This document shows positions 12,784 to 24,800 of a DNA stretch of 64,000 nucleotides, piece after piece. The number at the start of each line of letters is the position of its first letter. Position 1 is the first letter of the stretch. The position numbers and the translations under genes were made by a program. Source of the stretch: Okamejei kenojei. Its lineage: Eukaryota. The DNA is taken from assembly GCA_035221665.1 (NCBI GenBank), contig CM069138.1:22382001-22446000 (forward strand). The letters run 5' to 3'. The notes beneath the pieces are model-generated. The model ran no database searches. It had not been told where the DNA came from and worked only from the letters and a program-made list of their open reading frames with translations.

Positions 12784-13188
12784 AGTATAAATCCCACACC
12801 ATTATAACCCTATTCCTCTTGTATTGGATGTGGACCATTGGCTTAAAGATTGATCTGCAGTACAATTCTGCTCCATTTGGGGAGATATGTAGGGAGGATG
12901 CAGTTGTAAGAGAAACAGAGTGTAACAGCAAGAACTTTCAACTTTCACCATCAGGCCCTACGACCCATGAAGTCTGTGCTGAACATGCCGCCTACTTAAA
13001 CTAATCTCTTCTGCCTGCACATCCCTCCATTTCCTGCATATTTACCTGCCTATCTAAAAGGTTCTTAAATGCTACTATCGTATCCACAATCACCACTGAC
13101 AGTACATTCCAGGTGCCTAAATATAGTAAAAAAACAGCTTTGTATCTTCATTAAATTTTCCCTTCTCACCTTAAACCTAATGTTTAAG

Positions 13189-13420
13189 TGTGGCACGTCG
13201 AGTTGCTGCCTTACAGAGCTTACAGCGCCTAAGACCCGGGTTTGATCCTGACTACGGGTGCTGTCTGTACCGAATTTGTACGTTCTCCCCGTGACCAGGA
13301 CGGTTTTCTCCGAGATCTTTGGTTTCTATCCCACACTCCAAAGACATATAGGTTTGTAGGTTAATTGGGTTGGTATCCATGTAAAATTGTCTCCAATGTG
13401 TGTTGGATACTGTTAATATG
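13189..13420 (+). mobile_element. HE1/V-SINE-like tRNA-derived SINE; further copies at ~11885-12010(+), 15210-15530(-), 20665-20868(-), 33962-34580 (nested pair), 40512-40800(+), 62268-62531(-)
   Basis: gagttgctgccttacag..gacccgggtttgatcc (B-box-like), then core gtgctgtctgtac.gaatttgtacgttctccccgtgacc..cccacactccaaagac..ggttaattgg. Confidence 0.8.
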
Positions 13421-13914
13421 TGTATAATCTGCTGGATCTTCTGACAGCCTTCTTCACTGTCTACAATCCCATACATTTTTATGTTATTTGTAAACGTACT
13501 GGCATAGGAGCTGAAACCCACTTATCTCACTCTCCTACATGTCCTTCTCCTTGTTGAATACTGATGCAAAGTACTCCTTTATTACCTCACCTGCATCCTC
13601 TGACTCCGCATAAAATCCCTCCTTTTGCGCTGTGTGATCCTATCTTCTCGCTTGTTACCCATTTGTTTAAATGTGTGTATTGAATGCCTTGGGATTGTTG
13701 TTAATTCTGCTTGTCAGGGGCATTTCATGGCTCCTTTGGTCCTCCTACTTCCCTACTTTAGTTCCTTCCTGCTTTCTTTATATTCCTTAAAGTTCCTGTC
13801 TGATTTTATCTTCGTACGTATTACAAATGCTTCTGTTTCATTTTTGGCCAAATTTAAAATGTTTTACTGCCTGCTTCCCATTCTTCCCCTTCCACCTTAT
13901 GGAATATAGTAGTC

Positions 13915-14660
13915 TCAATTAACCCCAGCATTCCCTCTCTCTCTATCCCTCCCCCACCCAAGTCGCATCAGCTTCTCGTTTTCACCCAACAAACAGCTAA
14001 CAAAGGCCTGTTTCCTTTATCATTGTTATTTTTTGCTTATCTTTCATTCATTGTTCTTTATCTCTCTACATCATCATCTATATCTCTAGTTTCTCTTATC
14101 CCTAACTAGTCTGAGGAAGGGTGTCGACATGAAAAATGTCACCCATTACTTCTCTCCAGAGATGTGGCCTGTCCCGCCGAGTTACTCCAGCTTTTGTGTC
14201 TATCTTCGCTTTAAACCAACATCTGCAATTCCTTCCTACTCAAAATGTTGTGGTAACTCAGCAGGTTAGGAAGCAGGGTACACAAAAGGCTGGAGAAACT
14301 CAGCAGGTGCAGCAGCATCTAAGGAGCGAAGGAGATAGGCGACGTTTCGGGTCGAGACCCGTCTTCAGACCCGAAACGTCGCCTATCTCCTTCGCTCCTT
14401 AGATGCTGCTGCACCCGCTGAGTTTCTCCAGCCTTTTGTGTACCCTCGATTCTCCAGCATCTGCAGTTCCTTCTTTAACAGGTTAGGAAGCATCTCTGGA
14501 GAAAAGGAACAGATGTCATTTTGGGTCGAGACCCTTCTTCAGACACGAAGAAGGTCTGAAGTTGGTCTGAAGAAGGGTCTCGACCCGAAATGTCACCTAT
14601 GCTTTTCTCCAGAGATGCTGCCTGACCCACTGAATTACTACAGCATGTTATGTCCATCGA
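13915..14660. mobile_element. Cluster of Penelope-derived terminal-repeat hairpins, including an ~80-bp-arm inverted repeat at 14275-14446
   Basis: Repeated ctgaagaagggtctcgacccgaaa(c/t)gtc motif in both orientations; 14-bp direct repeat caggttaggaagca at 14262-14275 and 14479-14492. Confidence 0.7.
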
Positions 14661-15959
14661 TCACTTCACATTTCTCTGGATTGAATTCCACATGCCGCCC
14701 AATCAATGGACAATCTAGTGCTGCCCTCCAGTGGCAGCAAACAGTCTTCTTCACTATCAGTAACACGGCCAATTTTTGATAATAACTGCAAGCTACATAA
14801 ATTTTGTATTTTATGTTAACAAAAAGCAAGAGGCTGGAGAGAACCAATCCACAGAGCCTTTCATTCAAAAAACCTCTCGGCATCCGTCATCCTGTCTCGC
14901 TCAAGCAGCTAGTTATCAACCCCTCCCACTCTCTGCTAATCATTTTCCCCTCATCATGCAACCAATGCTTCTGCAATTATTTTTAATTTTGGTTCACTGT
15001 GTTTTGATCACACTACAAAGAGAAGTAGGTAATTCCTAACCAGGCCCCTGAAGCTTCCCTCACCATTCAATATGATCATGGCTGATCTGCCCAGAATTCA
15101 TCTCATCCTCTGTGCACAATCACCCTCGATCCTCCCGATCCCTCAAAAGGTTATCTACCTCCACCTTCAGTACTTTAAATGGTCTAGCTTCTACAACTCC
15201 CTGAGGCAGAGTTTAGTGTGGTTTAGAGATACAGAGCGGGAACAGGCTCTTCGGCCCACTGAGTCTACACTGACCAGCGATCCCTGAACATTAACACTAT
15301 CTTAAATAAACTAGAGACAATTTACACTTAAACCAAGCCAATTAACCAACAAACCTGTACGCCTTTGGAGTGCGGGAGGAAACTGGAGATCTCTGAGAAA
15401 CCTCACACGGTAATGGGGAGAACGTACAAACTCTGTACAGACAGCACCCGCATTCGGGATTAAACCCGGGTCTCTGGCGCTGCAAGCACTGTAAGGCAGC
15501 ATCTCTACCGCTGCGCCACCGTGCCGCCCAATTTCAGAAATTCACTACTCTCTGCAAAAATGTCTACACACCTTAGTGTTTTAAATGGCCAGGCATTTAT
15601 TGCGATATGTTCCCTCGGTCAAGATTCTCTCACAAGTGCAAACATATAAGGATCTACCCCATCGCGCCGGGATCACCAGCTGATGTTGTAATAAAAGAGA
15701 CCGGAGATGACCAATACTGTATGTGGTAACTTTTAGTAGCGATCTGTATGATTGGTCAAATGGAGATTTGCCATATAGCAGAAGCTTTAAACTTTCTCCG
15801 ATGAAGAAATGGATAGAGATAGCGAAATGACATCAACTCCCAAAGAAGGAGGAAGCAGGTGATAACTGAAGAGGGAAATAAGGGTCCTGTGCCTATAACA
15901 CACAAGCAGGTGGTAGTGTTGTTAGTTATAGTTGTACTGCTGTATATAACTTTAAGATT

Positions 15960-16182
15960 AAAGGACAAAATAACTATTACGTCCCTCTGGAGCAACAGCA
16001 AGGGAACGCCCAACAGGGATGGTATCCAGTCCCGTACTGATACTTTTATAATCTCTAGAACGGCCCCACTGCCGTTACTGGGAAGACAGGCTCTGTGCAA
16101 ACTGGGAGCGTTGTTACACTGCACTGCAGACGGTATGTTTATGGAACGACCTCAAATTCGGACCCATCAATTGCTAAATTAA
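15960..16182 (+). mobile_element. Endogenous retrovirus aspartic protease remnant
   Basis: FIISRTAPLPLLGRQALCKLGALLHC resembles the retroviral protease C-terminal P.PLLGRD.L.KL motif; no catalytic DTG seen. Confidence 0.55.
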
Positions 16183-17077
16183 ATTAATAAGGAAAAACAA
16201 GGACAATATGAACCCATCCCAAACTGTTTGCAATTGAGTAGGAATCCGTACAGTCAATTGGTCAGCCGACTTTATTGTGCTCTGCAAAGAGTGCAGGACC
16301 CTAAAGGCCAGTATTTACAGTATCTTGTCGAAACCAGACGAGAACATAAGCAAACGCATTGCATGGCATTATGCACACAAAAAGCTGGAGTAACTCAGTG
16401 GGGCAGGCAGCATCTCTGGAGAGAAGGAATGGATGGTTTTTCAGGTCGAGACTCTTCTTCAGATGCGATGTTTTAGGTTGAGATCCTTCTTGAGATATAT
16501 ATACACACACTGAACCTTTTTTTCTCGTTTATTATGTTGTTTACAGTATACTATGTTTACATATTCTGTTGTGCTGATGAAATAAAGAAAGTTGTTCTAT
16601 CTGGGACATATGAAAATAAAACACTCTTGACCCTTGACATCTATCCTGCACTCCAATAAACAATCTGGTTGATGGGCACAATGGTGGATATTCTGCCACT
16701 ATTTCTGATGAATTCCCCAACACTTAGAGATTTTTTAAACTTTTCCTAACAGCCTAGTTACCTAAAGAAAGAGACCTGCCTTTCACAATCCATATTTCAA
16801 AACATGTTTCGAAAAATAACGATGTTCCTCATTGCTTAAATACAACTGCAATAACAGTTAGGAAATAGAACTTGCAAGTCAATTTTAACTCCTGAACTTC
16901 TTCAGATATACAGTTGAGAGCATATTGACTGCTTGCATCAAGGTTCGGCCACTCAAACACCCAGGAGTGAAGAAGTTTGCAAAAACTGGTGAATGCTGCC
17001 CAGTCCATCATGGGTTCTGACCTCCCCACCATCAAAGGAAGTTACAGGAATCGCTGCCTCAAAAAGGCAACAGACAA

Positions 17078-17320
17078 TATACAATAAGTGCAGTCGTAGG
17101 CCATTCAGCCCTTCGGGCCAGCACCACCATTCAATGTGATCATGGCTGATCATCTCCAATCAGTACCCGGGTACCAGCCTTCTCCCCATATCCCCTGACT
17201 CCACTACCTTTTAGAGCCCTATCTAGCTCTCCCTTGAAAGTATCCAGAGAACCGGCCTCCACCGACCTCTGAGGCAGAGAATTGCACAGACTCACAACTC
17301 TCTGTGAGAAAAAGTGCTGA
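17078..17320 (-). mobile_element. CR1 3' end
   Basis: FFSQRVVSLCNSLPQ..GVRGYGEKAG on the minus strand. Confidence 0.8.
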
Positions 17321-17937
17321 CGTAACATGCAGGCAGAAGATATAAAAGCTTGAAACTACATATCACCAGATTCAGGAACAAATTCTTCCCTACTGTTATC
17401 AGACTACTGAAGAGAACTCCCTGTTTTGGCCAGAAACGTTGCCTATTTTCTTCGCTCCATAAATGCTGCCGCACTTGCTGAGTTTCTCCAGCAATTTGTC
17501 TACCAAGGGAAGAGATAAGACTTTTGCCTCCCATCACAGTGAGGAGATATTGGAGATTCACTGTGATGGATGTTTGTGTAAATTGTGTTAAGTGTGTGTG
17601 TTTTTTTGTAATGTCATAACTTAGAAATTTCATAGGAATGAAGTTTCGTTCAAACCTAGTCTGTTTGAATGACAATAAAAGGCATTCTGTTGTACAAAGC
17701 TTTAAGGGTGAGAGGGCGAAAGTTTAAAGGAGCTTTGCAAGGTCATTTTTTTTACATGGAGTGGTACTGCTGAGGTAAGTGGTGAAAGTAGATATGAGAG
17801 AATGTTTCAGCAGAATTCAGAAAGATATATCAACAGGCAGGGAATAGAGTGACACCTACAATGTGCAGGAACTGTGGTTAGTTTGGGATTAAGCAAATCC
17901 CTTGATGAGTTTAAGGACTCTAGTACACAAGAGTTTA

Positions 17938-18352
17938 GTCACTGGAGTTTAGAAGGATGAGGGGGATTTTATAGAAACATATAAAATTATAAAAGGACAA
18001 GCTAGATGCAGGAAAAATGTTCCCAATGTTGGGCGAGTCCAGAACCAGGGGCCACAGTCTTAGAATAAAGGGGAAGCCATTTAAGACTGAGGTGAGAAAA
18101 ACCTTTTCACCCAGAGAGTTGTGAATTTATGGAATTCCCTGCCACAGAGGGCAGTGGAGGCCAAGTCACTGGATGGATTTAAGAGAGAGTTAGATAGAAC
18201 TCTAGGGGCTAGGGGAGCCAAGGGATATGGGGAGAAGGCAGGCACGGGTTATTGATAGGCGATGATCAAGCATGATCACAATGAATGGCGTTGCTGGCTC
18301 GAAGGGCCGAATGGCCTCCTCCTGGAACTATTTTCTATGTTTCTATGTTTCT
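17938..18352 (+). mobile_element. CR1 3' end
   Basis: Closely similar to 3970-4380; (tttctatg)n tail. Confidence 0.85.
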
Positions 18353-19657
18353 AAGAGGGGAATGTAGAATTCAAGAATAGCTTTGGCAGATAAGTAAATG
18401 AGAATCCTAAGCGATTCTGTAAGTACAGTAGATGGAGAGCAAAAGAGTAAAGAGGGAGAGAATATGTCCATTTAAGAGCAATGTAGTCATCTATGCTTGG
18501 ATTCTTAAGTGGTGTATGAGATCCTAAATTAATATTTGTCATCGGTACTTACTGTTGAGGAAGTCAAGGAAGTCAAGGAAGATAAGGAATTATGGAATAA
18601 ACACTGGAAGATCCAGTAAAGTAAGTCAGTTGTTTGAGGTCGGTCGTGAGTAAGGCAACAGTGGCATGATATAGGGATACCTAAATAATTAATAAGTATA
18701 TACCAGCTAGCAATGTCACAAAATAGCCTTTTGATAAATTGCATTGATGTTGATGGCTCTAATTATATGTTGACAGATTTTCCATCAATAAATTCCATCT
18801 TCCACAGTCTGGCCACTCAATGACTCTGTTTGTGTCTTGGTAACTTGCACCACTGCCTAACTCAGTGGTGTCTGTGAACATGGCTGAACTTCATCAGGTC
18901 ACTGTCTGATCTATTGACTCAGATTCTCTCATTTCTGTCGCTGTCTCACCGACAAATGTTTTCAGAATATTGGGCTCTTCACTCAGATCTGCAGCAGCTG
19001 ATTCTACTTTTATATATAACTCTGAATTCCCCCATCTGTTTAAAAGTGCACGTCCCTAAGGATTACCAAGTGTTGCCATTTGACACACTCTGCCAATTAT
19101 GCAACCTCCCTGTCTCTTATCTTTCAAAGTTACCTCATATTTTGTGTGCTCACATAACTGGAACCTGATGAAATCATTCCAGTAAATTAAATGGAGGCAA
19201 TATCGACAAAAGTTTCATCACCATTACGGACCATGAGGGAGAAGTTGCTGTCTTCACACCATATTACTGAGCTCTCTTTCTCTTTCCCCTAAGCTTGTGA
19301 AAAAGACTGTGACTGCTGACAAGTCTCACACTTCTTCTCACTTTCCCTCTCCATCCTCCCAGGACAAGGATAGGGTTCCTCTTGTCCTCATCTCCCATCC
19401 CCGTCAGCCCCATATTATTAATGAGCTTTCGCACAAAGCAATTATGATGAAGGACATTTGCTTAGAAAAGCAAGGTGTAGGATCAGTCAGGGTTGAAGAT
19501 TAGAAGCAGCAAGTTCTGCAAGTGCCCTCCATTTCTGCCAGTCATCCAATGTGACTGTCGTAGTTTTTTCCTCTCTCCATTAGTACAGCCAGCCCAGCTA
19601 TCAGCAACATGTATATAGACAAGGAAGCATCTTCATCATCATCACCGTCGTACAACG

Positions 19658-20352
19658 AGATCTGGAGGTCCTTGTTCATCAGTCTATGAAAGTAAGCATG
19701 CAGGTACAGCAGGCACTGAAAAAAGCGAATGACATGTAGGCTTGTATAACAAGCGGAGTCATGTATAGGAGCAAAGAGGTCCTTCTGCAGTTATACAGGG
19801 CCCTAGTGAGACCACACCTGGAGTATTGTGTGCAGTTTTGGTCCCCTAATTTGAGGAAGGACATTCTTGCTATTGAGGAAGGCAGCGTTGGTTTACAAGG
19901 TTTATTCCCGGGATGGCGGGACTGTCATATGCTGAGAGAAAGGAGTGACTGGGCTTGTACACTCTGGAGTTTAGAAGGAGAGGGGATCTTATTGAAACAT
20001 ATAAAATTGTTAAGGGTTTGGATACGCTAGAGGCAGGAAACATGTCACCGATTTTGCGAGAGTCCAGATTCAGGGGCCACAGTTTCTGCCTTCTCCCCAT
20101 ATCCCCTCATTTAAGAGCCCTATCTAGCTCTCTCTTGAAAGTATCCAGAGAACTGGCCTCCACCCCACCCTCTGAGGCAGAGAATTCCACAGACTCACAA
20201 CTCTCTGTGAGAAAAAGCGTTTTCTCATCCCCATTCTAAATGCCTTACCCCTTATTCTTAAACTGTGGCCCTTAGTTCTGGTCTCCCCCAACATCAGGAA
20301 CCTGTTTCCTGCCTTTAGCGTGTCCAAACCTTTAACAATCCTATATGTTTCA
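19658..20352. mobile_element. Adjacent inverted CR1 fragments (+ 19658-20083; - 20084-20352)
   Basis: + strand [13 protein letters not shown]; - strand TLKAGNRFLMLGETRTKGHSLRIRGK. The homologous segments overlap in opposite orientation. Confidence 0.8.
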
Positions 20353-21385
20353 TAGATAGGATGAAAGCACTCAGTTTTTTTCCCAGGGGAGGGTAATCAA
20401 AAACAAGGGAGCATAGGTATAAAGTGAGAGAGGAATAATTTAATTGGAACTAGAAGGGCTGTAGGTGGTGTTTTGTACATGGAACATGCTGACAGATGAA
20501 GTGGTTGAGTCATGTGCAATTCAACATTGAGAAGGCATTTGGACACTGAACAGACTTTGCACGACTGTGGTTACTCCACATACTTTGATAATGCTTTATC
20601 ATAATCTAGTTTAGTTAGATAAGTTATGGCACACTTGTTGTTGCTGTTCTGACTAATCTTTATTATAGAGATACAGCATGGAATCAACCCCTTTGTCCCA
20701 CTGAGTACGCGCCAACCAGTGATCACCCTGTACACACTAGAGACAACTTACAATTTTACCAAAGCCAATTAATGTACAAACGTGTATGTTTTTGGAGTGT
20801 AGGAAGAAAGCAAAGCACTCGGAGAAATCCCACATGGTCACACAGAGAACGTACAAACTCTGTACAGATTAATGTGCCTAAAGCTAGTAAGTAAGAATTT
20901 AATTGCTCCAGTCCACTTCCGCCGCTTATGAAAAATAAACATTCTTCTCGTTATTTCATCCCCTTCACACATCTCATTACTTTTCTTCCCTCCATTAAAT
21001 CTGCCTGTTTAATCACCACTCTTTATTGCATTCGTATCATGCATTTCGTTTAGATATCGGTTGCGAATGAACAGGTGTTTCCCATCTTCTGATATTTCAG
21101 ACAAATAATTTGCTCAGAGATGAATCAGAACAGCCTCAGATGACTTCTAAACCTTGATTAGCAAAGCAGTGAAACAAATTGATATCCATACTTGATAGCA
21201 ACTCCAGAGCAGTACACTTCAGTGTCCTTCTCACAGAGAACCAAGAACACAAAACATCTCAATTTTAAACAGAAATATTCAACTGTAGATTTGCAGTAGA
21301 TTCAAACCACTGCAAAATGTACATTGATCTTGAAAGCAGATGAAACTAACCCAACCTGAGCGACCCATCCTGGGACCGTACTTAC

Positions 21386-21434
21386 CCACTGCACAGAGGA
21401 ACAGAGTCAAGGTAGAGAATATCAGTGCAAACAT
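21386..21434 (-). CDS. Gene 1 exon 1: signal-peptide (leader) exon
   Basis: aacaacATG TTT GCA CTG ATA TTC TCT ACC TTG ACT CTG TTC CTC TGT GCA GTG G|gtaagt = MFALIFSTLTLFLCAV(G). 49 nt, phase 1, in frame with the V1 exon, and lies in a non-repetitive island. Confidence 0.85.
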
Positions 21435-21529
21435 GTTGTTAAACTTGATTTGCAAGGATTAGACTTCTGTTCATTCAGACCCGATGTTCCCGTTGCTGTT
21501 TTAGAAATGACTGCGTCTTCGTCTACTTC

Positions 21530-21600
21530 ACCACAAGATTGTTTCATCACAAATGCGTGTAGTGTAAAGAGGAACTCATGGGGAAAGTGGGCAGTGGAAA
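21530..21600 (-). promoter_or_regulatory. Candidate haematopoietic proximal promoter of gene 1
   Basis: RUNX site (accaca 21530-21535) and PU.1/ETS site aaagaggaact (21566-21576), 100-140 nt upstream of the ATG; motif match only. Confidence 0.4.
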
Positions 21601-21809
21601 CCACTGAAAATTTACTCTCAAACTGTAGGTAGACCATCAGAGTATTTTTCACTATTCTCTCTGGATGCATCGATGATGGTCACAGATGCAAGTTTCAGGT
21701 GTTCTGAGGGTCAAATCTTATAGTCACCCCTGATGTTTATGCACTTTTTTACGGTTTCAAATGTTGGAACAAAACCAAATCCTCTGATTAAATTTCACCT
21801 TCTATTAGG

Positions 21810-24800
21810 TAAATTGGGAAGAGCAAGTGGCTGAAGTGTGAGTTGGTGAGCCTTTTGGGACCAGCGACCACAGGTCTATTAACTTTAAAATAGTTATGGA
21901 TAACCACAGGGTGGGCCCACTAGTTACAATTCTGAATTGGGGCAAGGCATACTTTGGTATTAGATAGGAACTTGCGAAAGTTGCTTAGAGTAGGCTTATA
22001 CAAGTGTGATGTGAAGAATTCAGGGTTTGCCTAATCCTGTTGGAGTGAAAGGCAAGGCAGGTGGGAATAAGGAAGCTTGGATGAGGAGAGAAATTGAGAC
22101 TGTCAGGAAGAAGGCATGTTACTTCAGCATTTTGTGCATTTCCTTCCTAAACCAGCATCTGCAGTTCCCGGTTTCTACAAAGACGTTGTCCATATGAACT
22201 TCAGCATAGGATTTGATTAGGTTCTTCATGGTAAACTGCTCTGGAAATTTAGATTATATGGGATCCAGGAAGAGTTAAGCAACTGGATTAAAAATTGGCT
22301 TCATGGAAGGCAGCAGAGGGTGATGGTGATGGGTTGTTTATCGGACTGGAAGTCTATGACTTGTGGTGTGTTCCAGAGATCGGTGCTGTGCCCATTGCTG
22401 TGCGGTTTATATCAGCAATTTAGCTGAGAATGTAGGGCATGATTAGCAATTTTCCAGATGACACTAAAATGGCTGATTTCATAGATAGTGAAGATAATGA
22501 ATTTGTTATAGTAAGAATATTGTTAACTTCCGGTGGCGCTATGGAGTGAGTGGAACTCGCGCCATTCAGCTCCGTTAAAACTGTATTAAAAACGGGGGTA
22601 AAAGGGGTTAACTAAAGCTACTCACCAGAGGAGAACGGTTGTGAACGGCTCCGGTAGCGTTAAAAAGGTGCGTGACGTCATCAGACACGCAACTTTATTA
22701 AGATGCATCGCTCCCCCCTCCCCACCAAGGGAAAAAGCCTGTGAAAAGGGAAGTAGGCCTCACTGGAGCCGCGGGCTCGAGTTTGAGTGCCTCCCAGGAA
22801 GATATTTTAAAGATGGACAACCTCAAAAAAATCATTATGGGTGAGCTGAAACAAATGCTTAAGGATATGAAAAAAGAATATAAAGAGGAAATAAAGACTT
22901 TAAGAGCTGATATTTTGGTGTATCGTGAGAATTTGAAAGAAGTCAAAAAAGGAAGTTGTAGCCGCTGTAAAGACTATGATGGATGAATGGAAAGTTAAAG
23001 CGGGTACTGATATGCAACAACAGATGGATGATGTAAACCGTAAAACTGGTGAGATGGAGGTGCTGCTGGATACCAAGTTAGAACCTATTATAACTTCACT
23101 TAACCATCAAAATGACGCAATAAAAAACTGACTGAATCAGCCGAGATGCGCCTTGCCGAGAACAAGCGTTTATCAGAATTATTACACAAAATAACTGAGA
23201 AATGCATTGACTTGGAGGGACGTCAAAGGCGTAAGAATCTGCGTATTGTTGGGTTTAGTGAAGGCCGAGAGGGAAATCAAGACCCTCGAAAATTTGCTGC
23301 AAAACTTCTGAAAGATATTCTGAACTTGGACCAAGAACCTCTGCTGGGCCGAGCACACAGGGCATTGAGACGTACCCCTAGGAGGGATGCTCCCCCAAGA
23401 CAAGTGATTGTGAAGGAGGCTTAGGATCATGTTTTTGAAGATATGATGAAGATAATAATAGGTAAGAAAAATCTCAAATATGAGGGAGACAACATCAGTA
23501 TTTTTAGAGATTACCCGCTGGAAGTGGCCAAGAGAAGATCTTTCTTTACAGAAACAAGAGGTATCCTGAGGAACATAAAGAATCTGAGATATGGCCTGAT
23601 GTACCCTCAACATTAAGGGTAACTTATGATAACAAGGAGCACCGCTTCACCAAACATACAGAAGCTCTTGAATTCACTCGAGATATTCAGAAGAAACTGG
23701 AAGAGGAAGAAGTAGAGGAAGAAACAGATGAAGATGAAGGACACTGAATATCATTGATCACTTACCTGATGATACTGATTATTGATCACTTATCTGATGA
23801 TACTGTCCACCCACAGAAAAGGAGGAGGATTCACACTGAAGGAGGATCAGCAGGGAAGGAGGAGGAACAATGGACATGGACTCTATCTTGGCGTCAAGGA
23901 GGGATGGATGGATTATTAATAAATATAGTTTTGTATTATCTACCCCTCAAAAATCTATGTTAGCTCTCCTAATATAGTGCTACGACACTAACTATATTTG
24001 ATATTAGTAGTATTATTAATTATTAAGTATATACATTTAATACCCCACCCCGACATATATAGCCCTTTAGGCAAAAATGGAGCTGGAATTATTAACCTTT
24101 TTTTTTACGGAAGTCCGTAGATTAGTAGCCACGCTAGTGTGGCTTACACCAATACTAACTGCACTAACTATAGTTGTAGTCACTTTTTTTCCCCCTTACA
24201 CTATATTAACATCACTTACTTTATTCACATTTATTATTATTATTTTTATATTATGTATTTTATTTCATCTTATATACTATATGGATTTAAGTATGATTGG
24301 TATTATATAGTTAGTTCAAGGAGACGTGTGTATAAGACAATGTCACAGATATTAAATTTCATCTATCTGATGTTTCGGTTTAGGATTGGGTTAGATGAGC
24401 TGAGACATCTACTCCATTATAAACCACCTTAATAATAAAATGTATGACATAAACACTAGGATTGGGGGTGATGGAATCACCTTCTGTAGTTGGAATGTTA
24501 AGGGAATTAACGAACCAATTAAAAGAGGTAAGGTTTTAGCTCAATTAAATAGATTGAAATCTGATATTATTTTTCTCCAAGAGACACACCTTAAAAAAGA
24601 CGCGCAATATAGATTAACAGCAAAATGGATTTCCAAAGTATATCACTCTTCATTTACACATAAGTCTAGAGGGGTAGCAATAATTATTCGTAAAGGTATA
24701 CCTTTTAAACAAAGCTCAATAATAGAAGATGTTGAGGGTAGATATATAATAATTACAGGTGAATTACATTCTAAAAAAGTAACCCTTATGAATATATATG

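Noticed and set aside
15859-15960. Hydrophobic stretch VVVLLVIVVLLYITL as the receptor transmembrane exon
   Set aside because: It is on the wrong strand and in the wrong position (intron 1), within an ERV-like remnant.
17531-17569. Inverted CACAGTG/CACTGTG pair resembling facing RSS heptamers
   Set aside because: It is part of a 12-bp inverted repeat in a retroposon tail, and there are no nonamers.
21422-21670. 82-aa minus-strand ORF at the gene 1 start
   Set aside because: It is in a different frame from the leader exon and has no recognisable features; at most a uORF.
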